Shown one piece after another: positions 39,543-47,283 of a stretch of 64,000 bases of DNA; the first letter of the stretch is position 1; each line of letters opens with the position of its first letter. This stretch comes from Bacillota bacterium. GTDB taxonomy: Bacteria; Bacillota_I; Bacilli_A; Izemoplasmatales; Izemoplasmataceae. Below the pieces are notes generated by a model. The model worked only from the letters and a program-made list of their open reading frames with translations. It was not told the origin of the DNA and ran no database searches. The stretch lies in the NCBI GenBank assembly GCA_051745505.1, contig JBNJEC010000001.1, positions 1,324 through 65,323 on the forward strand, read 5' to 3'. Position numbers and translations under genes: made by a program.

Positions 39543-40713
39543 AATCAGACGGAGTGGACTACTTAACAGAACCGAAATACTGAAGCTGAAAGTTACGCTC
39601 GTAATGTTCTTTTTGCTGGTTTTTGGAATTTTGACCATTCCGGTATCGATTTTTGAAGGGCTTTCACTCAATATAAGAATCATTGTGCCTCTCACGTTTA
39701 CGCTGCTTTTCCTGATCAGCTTTCTTTTGCTTTTCTTCAACAAAACAAGGTGGGCCATGCATTTTAGTATTTACACCTTCCTTGGGTTGACCTATTACTA
39801 CGTTGCCGGATCCGGCCAGCTCTATGGTTATTTCTTGTTGTTTATAACCTTGAGTGTGATTATCTTCTATCAGGATTTAACGACTTACATCATTTACGGT
39901 GGGGCAGTTACCATTTTTGGTATTTTCTTTATAGGTACAATTACCGAGGAACTGATGTTGATTGAAAATGCCCAATTACAAGTATCCCCACTTATTTATC
40001 AGGTCATTCTTCTGGGCTTTTTCATTGTATTTCTTATTCACTTTATTCTCAAAGACAGTATAGAAGAAACGTTGAGCAAGGAATACTATGAGTCTGAAAA
40101 GTTGATTCAGAGATTTCAGCACTATGCAATAAGTTACGTCCAGGATTATGAAGAGCGGGAATCCAAAACGCCACTGCATGAGGATAATTTCTTTAAGGTG
40201 CAGGTAATGGAACTCTCAAAATTCATCGCTGAAGATGAGGGTTTGGAAGTCAACGACGAAGATGTTGAAGAAATGTCCGAATTTTACTTTTTTCTTCACA
40301 ACCATCATATCGACTTCATTATGCAAAAGGACAATCTGTCATCCACAACCAAGGAATATGCACTTCAGTTCAACAAATACCTTATGAACAAAAACAACCA
40401 TATGAATTCGATGCTTTTCAAGCTGGTGTGTGAGTTCAAAAAACCGTATGAGTTATCGTTTAAGCGATACCATCATGACTTTGATGACATGTTTTCAAAC
40501 AGAACCAACAAAATCATTGCTCTGGGGCTTCTATATCAATATCTGCGGCGTGAAGTGACGCAACTTGACAAGTGGGGCCGGGTGGACAAGGTTATGACCC
40601 ACCAGGACATAAGGGCGCTTTTGACATCCAAACCCATGCGCAAATTCATTTCTTTTGAAGACATGAACTTTTTCCTGAAAAATGAACACCTATTTATGGA
40701 AATGCTTAAGTAG
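39523..40713 (+). CDS. Polytopic membrane protein with a ~200-aa cytoplasmic helical C-terminal domain, function unknown (paralogue B)
   Basis: Same architecture as paralogue A. Segments align by eye (AFTKSLADEIGV / ELSKFIAEDEGL; LLKFFKNNKDMF / MNFFLKNEHLF). ATG 39523 follows GGAGGTGA and overlaps gene A by 20 nt. Confidence 0.6.
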   Translation: MTSIINRIRRSGLLNRTEILKLKVTLVMFFLLVFGILTIPVSIFEGLSLNIRIIVPLTFTLLFLISFLLLFFNKTRWAMHFSIYTFLGLTYYYVAGSGQLYGYFLLFITLSVIIFYQDLTTYIIYGGAVTIFGIFFIGTITEELMLIENAQLQVSPLIYQVILLGFFIVFLIHFILKDSIEETLSKEYYESEKLIQRFQHYAISYVQDYEERESKTPLHEDNFFKVQVMELSKFIAEDEGLEVNDEDVEEMSEFYFFLHNHHIDFIMQKDNLSSTTKEYALQFNKYLMNKNNHMNSMLFKLVCEFKKPYELSFKRYHHDFDDMFSNRTNKIIALGLLYQYLRREVTQLDKWGRVDKVMTHQDIRALLTSKPMRKFISFEDMNFFLKNEHLFMEMLK

Positions 40714-40778
40714 AATATAAAGATATAATAACTGAGTGTGTTAAAATATTATGATAAAAGAAAAATTGAGGGATTCAA

Positions 40779-41558
40779 ATGGGAAAAATTTTAGCAGTAA
40801 GCAATCAAAAGGGCGGTGTAGGAAAGACGGCTACGAGTGTCAACCTGGCCAGTTCTTTATCATACCTCGGCAAAAAGGTTTTGTTGATCGACGTTGATCA
40901 TCAGGCCAATGCCACAACCTATATGGGAATAAACCGAGCCAACCTGGATTATACGGCTGCAGATTTGTTTTTTAACGGAGTCGATATCAAAAAGATTATC
41001 AAGAAACCTGAAAGCATTGATGTGGACATGCTTCCGGCAAGGTTCGAACTTAACAACATAGAAAGTCAACTGATTAGTCAGGAAGACAAGGAATTCAAGC
41101 TTCGTCGAGCCCTAGGAGTCATCAAGGATGACTACGACTATATACTGCTTGATTGCCCACCTTCATTGGGGATAGTGACCATGAACGCTTTGGTGGCCGC
41201 AGACAGTGTATTGATACCTGTTCAATGTGAATTTCTGGCGCTTGATGGTTTGACTCAGCTACTGAATACCATCAGAGTCGTGCAAAGCAAACAAAAGTCA
41301 AATGGGTATCCCTCAATTCTTATTGAAGGCGTGCTTCTTACCATGCTTGATACCCGGAGCAATATTGGGTATGAGGTTATCAATGAGGTCAAGACCTATT
41401 TCAAGGAAAAGGTATTCTCAACGATAATTCCCAGAAATGTACGAATCTCTGAAGCGTCGAGTCACGGGGTACCTGTAACAGAATATGCCCCTTATTCAAA
41501 AGGGTCTGAAAGTTATAAAAATCTAGCTAAGGAAATTGTGAAAAACCATGGCGAGTAA
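40779..41558 (+). CDS. parA: Chromosome partitioning ATPase ParA/Soj
   Basis: Deviant Walker A NQKGGVGKT and ILLDCPPSLG. Confidence 0.95.
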   Translation: MGKILAVSNQKGGVGKTATSVNLASSLSYLGKKVLLIDVDHQANATTYMGINRANLDYTAADLFFNGVDIKKIIKKPESIDVDMLPARFELNNIESQLISQEDKEFKLRRALGVIKDDYDYILLDCPPSLGIVTMNALVAADSVLIPVQCEFLALDGLTQLLNTIRVVQSKQKSNGYPSILIEGVLLTMLDTRSNIGYEVINEVKTYFKEKVFSTIIPRNVRISEASSHGVPVTEYAPYSKGSESYKNLAKEIVKNHGE

Positions 41559-42411
41559 AGAAATATTAGGTAGAAATATTCTTGACTTGATTGAAGAGAA
41601 CAAGGTCAAACCCGAGCAAAACGAGCGGATTCAAAACCTCCCGGTCTCAGACATACGACCCAATCCCAATCAGCCGCGAGTGGTCTTTAAAAAAGAGTCA
41701 TTGGACGAGCTGGCCAAGTCAATAAAGAACCACGGCTTGATTCAACCAATTATTGTAAAAAAAGACGGAGGCATTTATACGCTTGTGGCCGGTGAAAGAA
41801 GACTTCGAGCTTTCAAAAGCCTTGGAAAAGCCACCATTCCGGCAATCATCCGTGATTACAATTCAATATATTCAACTGAAATTGCTTTGCTTGAAAATCT
41901 TCAAAGAGAAAACCTGACAGTTATCGAAGAGGCAGTAGCCTATGAAAGAGTTATAAAAAAATTGAATTTGAAACACTCCGAATTGGCTGATAAAATTGGC
42001 AAGAGCCGCTCATATGTGACCAACATGCTGGGACTGCTTTCGTTACCTTTGAATGTCATAGAAGCGCTTAATAATGGTGAACTTTCTATGGGTCATGCAC
42101 GCATACTAAGCAAAATTGATAATGAAGAACTGGTTTTGCTAATTGCTAACAAGATCAAAAATGAAGGCCTCAGTGTACGCCAGACGGAAGCTCTTGTAAG
42201 AGAAAAGAAATCCGATGGTAAAAAGGTCACATCAAAACATATAGAAAATGCGAAAGAAAGAGCTGAATTGAAGAAATACCTTGAAAAAGAGTTCAATCAA
42301 CGTTTCGGGTCAAAGCCTAAAGTGTCTTTAGGTGAAAAACAGGTAACATTGAAATTTGATACTGCCAAACAGATGCTAAAGGCATTAAAACATTATAAAG
42401 GAGAGAAATAG
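41548..42411 (+). CDS. parB: Chromosome partitioning protein ParB/Spo0J
   Basis: NPNQPR, GLIQPIIV and AGERRLRA motifs plus an HTH region. Overlaps parA by 11 nt. Confidence 0.95.
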   Translation: MASKEILGRNILDLIEENKVKPEQNERIQNLPVSDIRPNPNQPRVVFKKESLDELAKSIKNHGLIQPIIVKKDGGIYTLVAGERRLRAFKSLGKATIPAIIRDYNSIYSTEIALLENLQRENLTVIEEAVAYERVIKKLNLKHSELADKIGKSRSYVTNMLGLLSLPLNVIEALNNGELSMGHARILSKIDNEELVLLIANKIKNEGLSVRQTEALVREKKSDGKKVTSKHIENAKERAELKKYLEKEFNQRFGSKPKVSLGEKQVTLKFDTAKQMLKALKHYKGEK

Positions 42412-42413
42412 TC

Positions 42414-43253
42414 ATGGATGCAGCCAGAGTATATTTATTAGACATATTGGAAGGGTATTTTCATCAGGCAATTGCAGCCATATTGGTTGTCTTTGCAGTA
42501 GTTTTCTTCTTTCTTGTCGTGGGTGTTTTCACAAACAAGGTTTTAAGTCATTCACTGAAACATTTCTTGAAATTGAAAAAATCGGATGCAAGAGGAAGAA
42601 CTATTGGCAAACTCATTACCAACCTTATACGTGTTGTAGTATGGTTTATTATTCTCATAATGGTTTTGGATGAGTTTGGTGTACAAATTGCACCTATTCT
42701 AGCCAGTGCCGGTGTTCTTGGGTTGGCTATAGGGTTTGGGGCGCAATCCATTGTCAAAGACTTTCTCGCTGGCTTCTTCTTCATTGTAGAAGATGCGTAT
42801 AACGAAGGCGATATCGTTGAAATTAACGGTTTTTGGGGAACCGTTGAGAAGATGGGCCTTAGAGCAACACACATAAAAAGCTGGAAAGGGATCGTCAAAG
42901 TTGTAACCAATGGTGATATCACCAGTCTTGAAAATTACTCAAAATACGACAATATTGCGATTGTCGATGTAGGCGTGGATTATGATACTGATCTCGATAA
43001 AGTAGAAAGCATCATGAAACCATTTATGGAGGAACTTAAAGGTAAATACGACATGATTACTGAAATGCCTTCGTATCTAGGTGTAAGCGAACTTGCAGAT
43101 TCCAGTATCAACATTAGAGTCATTGCATATACCGTACCAAATACTCAATTTGGAATCGAAAGAAAAATCCGCAAGGACATTGTCGATCTTTTCCGAAAAA
43201 ACGATATTGGAATTCCATTCCCTCAATTGGTAGTCCATGGCAACGAATCTTAA
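42414..43253 (+). CDS. mscS: Small-conductance mechanosensitive channel (MscS family)
   Basis: Three N-terminal TM segments, GFGAQSIVKDFLAGFFFIVEDAY pore-helix region, then a beta domain. Confidence 0.88.
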   Translation: MDAARVYLLDILEGYFHQAIAAILVVFAVVFFFLVVGVFTNKVLSHSLKHFLKLKKSDARGRTIGKLITNLIRVVVWFIILIMVLDEFGVQIAPILASAGVLGLAIGFGAQSIVKDFLAGFFFIVEDAYNEGDIVEINGFWGTVEKMGLRATHIKSWKGIVKVVTNGDITSLENYSKYDNIAIVDVGVDYDTDLDKVESIMKPFMEELKGKYDMITEMPSYLGVSELADSSINIRVIAYTVPNTQFGIERKIRKDIVDLFRKNDIGIPFPQLVVHGNES

Positions 43254-43431
43254 GGTTGGTTCTGTAGTTGAGATGCGTAAAGCGCATCCTTGTGGTGCGA
43301 ACAGATGGAAAATCATACGATACGGCGCAGACGTAAAGTTAAAGTGTCTGGGCTGTGGACATGTTGTGATGATGGAGAGACCGAAGTTCCAAAAGCGGAT
43401 TAAAAAGGTTCTAGCAGAAAATACTGATTGA
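43237..43431 (+). CDS. DUF951 (YyzM-like) small protein
   Basis: VEMRKAHPCG...LKCLGCGH pattern, 64 aa, in the conserved position downstream of parB. Confidence 0.75.
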   Translation: MATNLKVGSVVEMRKAHPCGANRWKIIRYGADVKLKCLGCGHVVMMERPKFQKRIKKVLAENTD

Positions 43432-43444
43432 ATGAGGCTCATAT

Positions 43445-43729
43445 ATGGATGATTTGATTGCAAAGATAATAAGATTCAGAGATCAAAGGGGCTGGGATAA
43501 AACCGACACACCAGAAAATCTTACAAAATCAATAGTGCTTGAAGCAGCGGAATTACTGGACAATTTTCAGTGGAGCACTACGCCCAAGGATTTGGAAAAT
43601 GTAAAAGAAGAACTGGCTGATGTGTTGATTTATTCCCTTGCTTTGGCGCATGATTTGGGTTTTGACATAAGTGAAATCATAGACGAGAAACTCAAGAAAA
43701 ACCTAAAAAAGTATCCAATTGAAAAATAG
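43445..43729 (+). CDS. Small MazG-like nucleotide pyrophosphohydrolase
   Basis: EAAELLD...EELADVLIY EExxE-type motifs, 94 aa. Confidence 0.8.
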   Translation: MDDLIAKIIRFRDQRGWDKTDTPENLTKSIVLEAAELLDNFQWSTTPKDLENVKEELADVLIYSLALAHDLGFDISEIIDEKLKKNLKKYPIEK

Positions 43730-43731
43730 GC

Positions 43732-43760
43732 TTGCTTTTTCGCACGCGTTGGTATAAAAT
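43732..43760 (+). promoter_or_regulatory. Promoter of the tRNA array
   Basis: TTGCTT, 17-nt spacer, TAAAAT, about 15 nt upstream of tRNA-Tyr. Confidence 0.6.
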
Positions 43761-43775
43761 ACTACTTGCGTGTTT

Positions 43776-43859
43776 GGAGGGGTAGCGAAGTGGCTAAACG
43801 CGGCAGACTGTAAATCTGCTCCTTCGGGTTCGGCGGTTCAAATCCGTCCCCCTCCACCA
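43776..43859 (+). tRNA. tRNA-Tyr (GTA)
   Basis: Acceptor GGAGGGG/CCCCTCC, anticodon loop CTGTAAA, long variable arm, encoded CCA. Confidence 0.93.
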
Positions 43860-43862
43860 TAT

Positions 43863-43937
43863 TGGGCTATAGCCAAGTGGTTAAGGCATCGGACTTTGAC
43901 TCCGACATCGGTGGTTCGAATCCACCTAGCCCAGCCA
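43863..43937 (+). tRNA. tRNA-Gln (TTG)
   Basis: Acceptor TGGGCTA/TAGCCCA, anticodon loop CTTTGAC, encoded CCA. Confidence 0.93.
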
Positions 43938-43961
43938 CTTTAAATTATTTCTGATATGGTA

Positions 43962-43990
43962 TTGACATTGCATGTTAATCATTGTAAAAT
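43962..43990 (+). promoter_or_regulatory. Internal consensus promoter within the tRNA array
   Basis: TTGACA, 17-nt spacer, TAAAAT. Confidence 0.7.
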
Positions 43991-44036
43991 TGTATACGCA
44001 TTTCAGTGTGAAAAACACGATAATTGGTGAAGAAAT

Positions 44037-44113
44037 GGGCCTGTAGCTCAGTTGGTAAGAGCGCACGCCTGATAAGCGTGAGGTCGATGGTTCAAGTCCA
44101 TTCAGGCCCACCA
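44037..44113 (+). tRNA. tRNA-Ile (GAT)
   Basis: Acceptor GGGCCTG/CAGGCCC, anticodon loop CTGATAA, encoded CCA. Confidence 0.93.
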
Positions 44114-44117
44114 TTTT

Positions 44118-44193
44118 GGGGCCTTAGCTCAGCTGGGAGAGCGCCTGCTTTGCACGCAGGAGGTCAGCGGTTCGATCCCGCTAGGCTCCACCA
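44118..44193 (+). tRNA. tRNA-Ala (TGC)
   Basis: Acceptor GGGGCCT with a G3:U70 pair, anticodon loop TTTGCAC, encoded CCA. Confidence 0.93.
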
Positions 44194-44198
44194 TTATC

Positions 44199-44274
44199 GG
44201 AGGATTAGCTCAGTTGGGAGAGCACCTGCCTTACAAGCAGGGGGTCAGTGGTTCGAGCCCGCTATCCTCCACCA
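44199..44274 (+). tRNA. tRNA-Val (TAC)
   Basis: Acceptor GGAGGAT/ATCCTCC, anticodon loop CTTACAA, encoded CCA. Confidence 0.93.
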
Positions 44275-44279
44275 TAATT

Positions 44280-44355
<76 letters not shown>

Positions 44356-44365
44356 TACATTTTCT

Positions 44366-44441
44366 GTCCTGCTAGCTCAGTTGGTAGAGCATCTGACTTT
44401 TAATCAGAGGGTCAGAGGTTCGAATCCTCTGCAGGACACCA
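44366..44441 (+). tRNA. tRNA-Lys (TTT)
   Basis: Acceptor GTCCTGC/GCAGGAC, anticodon loop CTTTTAA, encoded CCA. Confidence 0.93.
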
Positions 44442-44444
44442 TCT

Positions 44445-44531
44445 GCCTGGGTGGCGGAATAGGTAGACGCGTTGGACTTAAAATCCAATGGTATTCATAC
44501 CGTGCCGGTTCAAGTCCGGCCCCAGGTACCA
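44445..44531 (+). tRNA. tRNA-Leu (TAA)
   Basis: Acceptor GCCTGGG/CCCAGGT, anticodon loop CTTAAAA, long variable arm, encoded CCA. Confidence 0.92.
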
Positions 44532-44646
44532 AGCGAACTATTTTTTTAAGCGGTTAAGTAGCCGCACATTGCAAGATGATGACCAGTATTCCCTAGCTAC
44601 CAGAGCTATGGCGAACATCCTGCAATTCAACCGTTTATTGTTTCAT

Positions 44647-44723
44647 GGCGGTGTAGCTCAGTTGGTCAGAGCGTTCGGTTCATACCCGAAAGGTCAGGGG
44701 TTCGACTCCCTTCGCCGCTACCA
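44647..44723 (+). tRNA. tRNA-Met (CAT), elongator type
   Basis: Acceptor GGCGGTG/CGCCGCT, anticodon loop TTCATAC, encoded CCA. Confidence 0.85.
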
Positions 44724-44726
44724 AGA

Positions 44727-44803
44727 GGACCCGTAGCTCAGCTGGTCAGAGCTCCCGGCTCATAACCGGTTGGTCGCAGGTTCGAATCCTGCCGGGTCCA
44801 CCA
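44727..44803 (+). tRNA. tRNA with a CAT anticodon, probably tRNA-Ile2 (lysidine-modified by TilS)
   Basis: Acceptor GGACCCG/CGGGTCC and anticodon loop CTCATAA. It has neither the initiator features nor the elongator-Met-like body. The Ile2 versus Met assignment is inferred. Confidence 0.65.
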
Positions 44804-44817
44804 TTAGAGAACACAAT

Positions 44818-44910
44818 GGAGGAATACCCAAGTCTGGCTGAAGGGATCGGTCTTGAAAACCGACAGGGCGTGAGAGCGTCGCGGGGGTTCGAATCCCTCT
44901 TCCTCCGCCA
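44818..44910 (+). tRNA. tRNA-Ser (TGA)
   Basis: Acceptor GGAGGAA/TTCCTCC, anticodon loop CTTGAAA, long variable arm, encoded CCA. Confidence 0.93.
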
Positions 44911-44939
44911 TTGACACATTCATAGTTTATTGATAGTAT
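44911..44939 (+). promoter_or_regulatory. Second internal promoter within the tRNA array
   Basis: TTGACA, 17-nt spacer, TAGTAT, starting right after the tRNA-Ser CCA. Confidence 0.6.
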
Positions 44940-44972
44940 TAGGTAGGTATAAATTTAGACCGACCAAAATAT

Positions 44973-45049
<77 letters not shown>

Positions 45050-45051
45050 AC

Positions 45052-45127
45052 GGTCCTGTGGTGTAGTGGTTAACATGCCAGTCTGTCACACTGGAGATCG
45101 CCGGTTCAAATCCGGTCAGGACCGCCA
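45052..45127 (+). tRNA. tRNA-Asp (GTC)
   Basis: Acceptor GGTCCTG/CAGGACC, anticodon loop CTGTCAC, encoded CCA. Confidence 0.93.
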
Positions 45128-45135
45128 TTTTTTTT

Positions 45136-45211
45136 GGCTCAGTAGCTCAGTCGGTAGAGCAGTAGACTGAAAATCTATGTGTCGGTGGTTCGATTCCGCC
45201 CTGAGCCACCA
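45136..45211 (+). tRNA. tRNA-Phe (GAA)
   Basis: Acceptor GGCTCAG/CTGAGCC, anticodon loop CTGAAAA, encoded CCA. Confidence 0.93.
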
Positions 45212-45224
45212 TTTATTGCTTAAT

Positions 45225-45250
45225 GAAGCCATTTGAGGCTTCTTTTTTTA
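45225..45250 (+). terminator. Terminator closing the tRNA array
   Basis: GAAGCC-ATTTGA-GGCTTC followed by a T7 run. Confidence 0.8.
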
Positions 45251-45386
45251 TGTAAAAATTGTAAAAGTCTAGAGTGTGAATCTCAATACATCTTTGTTAG
45301 AGATTTTTAAGTATTGATTGCTTTTCAAAATAAAAAAAAGAAAAAAGACTATGTCACTTTCATTATATAAGTGAAAGGTGGTAATT

Positions 45387-46034
45387 ATGTATACATTCAA
45401 AGATAACAGCATGGTTTCGTTTGGTTCTTTAGATGCGTTTAAAAGCTTCTATTACGATTTCGATTTTTACAGTGACTGGAAGATCACTACAGCAAGAAAC
45501 AACCTTAGAGGGGAAGTAATACGCGATAAACCGTATGTTAATCGCATAAGAGAGTTATTTGCGGAGAAGAAATTGTTTAGAAGAAACATTTCAATCGCAG
45601 AAATTGTGTCTATATTGGATAGTTACTCGATTATGATGCGTGCGTTTGATAAGTTAAAGGCTCTCTGTAATAACGAAGAATGGTCTGCAATAAAACTTCA
45701 CAGTGAATACAAGATTTATTTTTCTAAAAACCGCCGCATTGATTTTGTTTTGGAGTATGAGGAAAGATTACTATTAATAGAATTTCGCGTTTCCAATATT
45801 TTTCCAAATGTTTCCACAATCTGGCAGAAAAAAGAAAACGAATTATTGGTTTACAAAGAATTGCTGAATAATTACTTGTCTGATTCCTACAAGATACATT
45901 TGTATGCTTTTATTGCAATGTCTGAATATGAAGGTAGAAAACCGATTCCTAAACACATCAAATACAATGATGACAATGCAAGGTTTTTTGCTGAGTATGT
46001 TTATGAGTTTGTAATCTCCAGGAAGAACCTTTGA
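45387..46034 (+). CDS. Hypothetical protein with a candidate PD-(D/E)XK nuclease core
   Basis: RRIDFVLEYEERLLLIEFRVS fits a D...ExK/R beta-strand pattern like NERD or restriction-endonuclease folds. ATG 45387 lies 6 nt after AAAGGTGG. The DNA is visibly A+T-rich. Confidence 0.55.
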   Translation: MYTFKDNSMVSFGSLDAFKSFYYDFDFYSDWKITTARNNLRGEVIRDKPYVNRIRELFAEKKLFRRNISIAEIVSILDSYSIMMRAFDKLKALCNNEEWSAIKLHSEYKIYFSKNRRIDFVLEYEERLLLIEFRVSNIFPNVSTIWQKKENELLVYKELLNNYLSDSYKIHLYAFIAMSEYEGRKPIPKHIKYNDDNARFFAEYVYEFVISRKNL

Positions 46035-46098
46035 TTTTGCTTGAATAAAAGTGCCAATGATAATAAAATAAAATAAATCATAAGCTAGGAGTTTTATA

Positions 46099-46776
46099 AT
46101 GAATATACTACTTGTAAATGACGACGGCATAAAATCATCGCGTCTGGAATTTGCCGAAAAAGTTCTTAAAGAATTTGGAGATGTTACAGTCGTTGCCCCT
46201 GAAGAACAGCAGTCCGGGAAAAGCACATCTATTACTATTGATTCAGTTCCATTCAGAAAAATAGATGAAAATAAATACGCAATAGAAGGCACACCGGCAG
46301 ATTGCGTTTCTTTTGGTCTCTTTGGATTAAACCTTGATCCGGATGTTATCGTCTCTGGCGTAAACAAAGGGTACAATATCGGGGTTGACATTCTTTATTC
46401 AGGTACGGTGGGCGCTGCACTGCAAGGCAATTATTTTAGCAAGAAAACCATTGCTTTATCTGGGGATTTTCTAGGAAAGAATATTGTTGAAGGATATTTG
46501 AAACAAACCCTTGAATATATTTTTGATGAAGACTTGCCATCCGAGGATTATGTTGTAAATGTCAATTTCCCAGCAGATGATTTCAAAGCCCCCAAAGGAA
46601 TTAGGATTACCAAGCCGTTTTTCAGACGTGCACGTTTGATTCCAAAGATTGAAAACAATGTTTTCAAACACACTAAAGAGTTTCTTGAGCAGCATATTCC
46701 TGAAGACAGCGATGTCTATGCAAATCTAAATGGTTACATTTCAATCTCCAAACTGAAATTGAATAATTCTATATGA
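46099..46776 (+). CDS. surE: 5'/3'-nucleotidase SurE (short form)
   Basis: MNILLVNDDGI N-terminus, SGKS, SGVNKGYN and YSGTVGAA motifs. AGGAG RBS upstream. Confidence 0.88.
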   Translation: MNILLVNDDGIKSSRLEFAEKVLKEFGDVTVVAPEEQQSGKSTSITIDSVPFRKIDENKYAIEGTPADCVSFGLFGLNLDPDVIVSGVNKGYNIGVDILYSGTVGAALQGNYFSKKTIALSGDFLGKNIVEGYLKQTLEYIFDEDLPSEDYVVNVNFPADDFKAPKGIRITKPFFRRARLIPKIENNVFKHTKEFLEQHIPEDSDVYANLNGYISISKLKLNNSI

Positions 46777-47177
46777 AGAAGATTGAAGTAGTTGCTGCTG
46801 TAATTTCTGACAAAGAAAATCGAATTCTCTGTGCTCAGAAAACCGCCCACGACAATGACGCTTTCAAATGGGAATTTCCCGGAGGCAAGGTTGAAGAAAA
46901 CGAATCTTTCACGGATGCTTTGAAAAGAGAAATAAAAGAAGAGCTGAATCTTGATGTTGAAGTCCATTCGCTCATAGTAGAGACAGGTCATGAGACTGTT
47001 AATGGTTCCATAGTTTTGAAGGCCTTCTCAGCAAGCATCGAAAGTGGAAAAATTAATGTGAATGTTCACCATCAGGTCAAATGGATAAATACCAATGAGT
47101 TGATGAAATTGGATTGGTTGGACGCCGATCAAAGAATTCTTGGTGAAATCATCGAGTATCAGAATAACGATTTATGA
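46773..47177 (+). CDS. NUDIX hydrolase (MutT / 8-oxo-dGTPase-like)
   Basis: Nudix box WEFPGGKVEENESFTDALKREIKEELNL. ATGA overlap with surE. Confidence 0.85.
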   Translation: MKKIEVVAAVISDKENRILCAQKTAHDNDAFKWEFPGGKVEENESFTDALKREIKEELNLDVEVHSLIVETGHETVNGSIVLKAFSASIESGKINVNVHHQVKWINTNELMKLDWLDADQRILGEIIEYQNNDL

Positions 47178-47182
47178 TATAA

Positions 47183-47210
47183 AGCTCTGCTAAAGCGGAG
47201 CTTTTTCTTT
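47183..47210 (+). terminator. Rho-independent terminator after the Nudix gene
   Basis: AGCTCTGC-TAAA-GCGGAGCT followed by a T-rich run. Confidence 0.8.
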
Positions 47211-47283
47211 ATATGCTGCAAATGTAAGGGTTTTTATGTTATTATGGATTTGGCATAAATATAATGATTGAAAGGTGGATGGC

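Noticed and set aside
44037-44193. An rRNA operon flanking the Ile(GAT)-Ala(TGC) tRNA pair
   Set aside because: The flanking sequence is a promoter on one side and further tRNAs on the other. No 16S, 23S or 5S-like sequence occurs anywhere in the window.
45843-46391. 182-aa minus-strand ORF spanning the hypothetical gene / surE intergenic region
   Set aside because: It overlaps the 3' end of the 45387 ORF and the clearly recognisable surE N-terminus (NDDG motif) on the other strand. It has no RBS.
45211-47210. Integrated mobile element at tRNA-Phe
   Set aside because: No integrase, recombinase or transposase gene is present. I also found no direct repeat of the tRNA-Phe 3' end at the distal side near 47.2 kb. 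Only the lower GC content and the orphan gene suggest acquisition.
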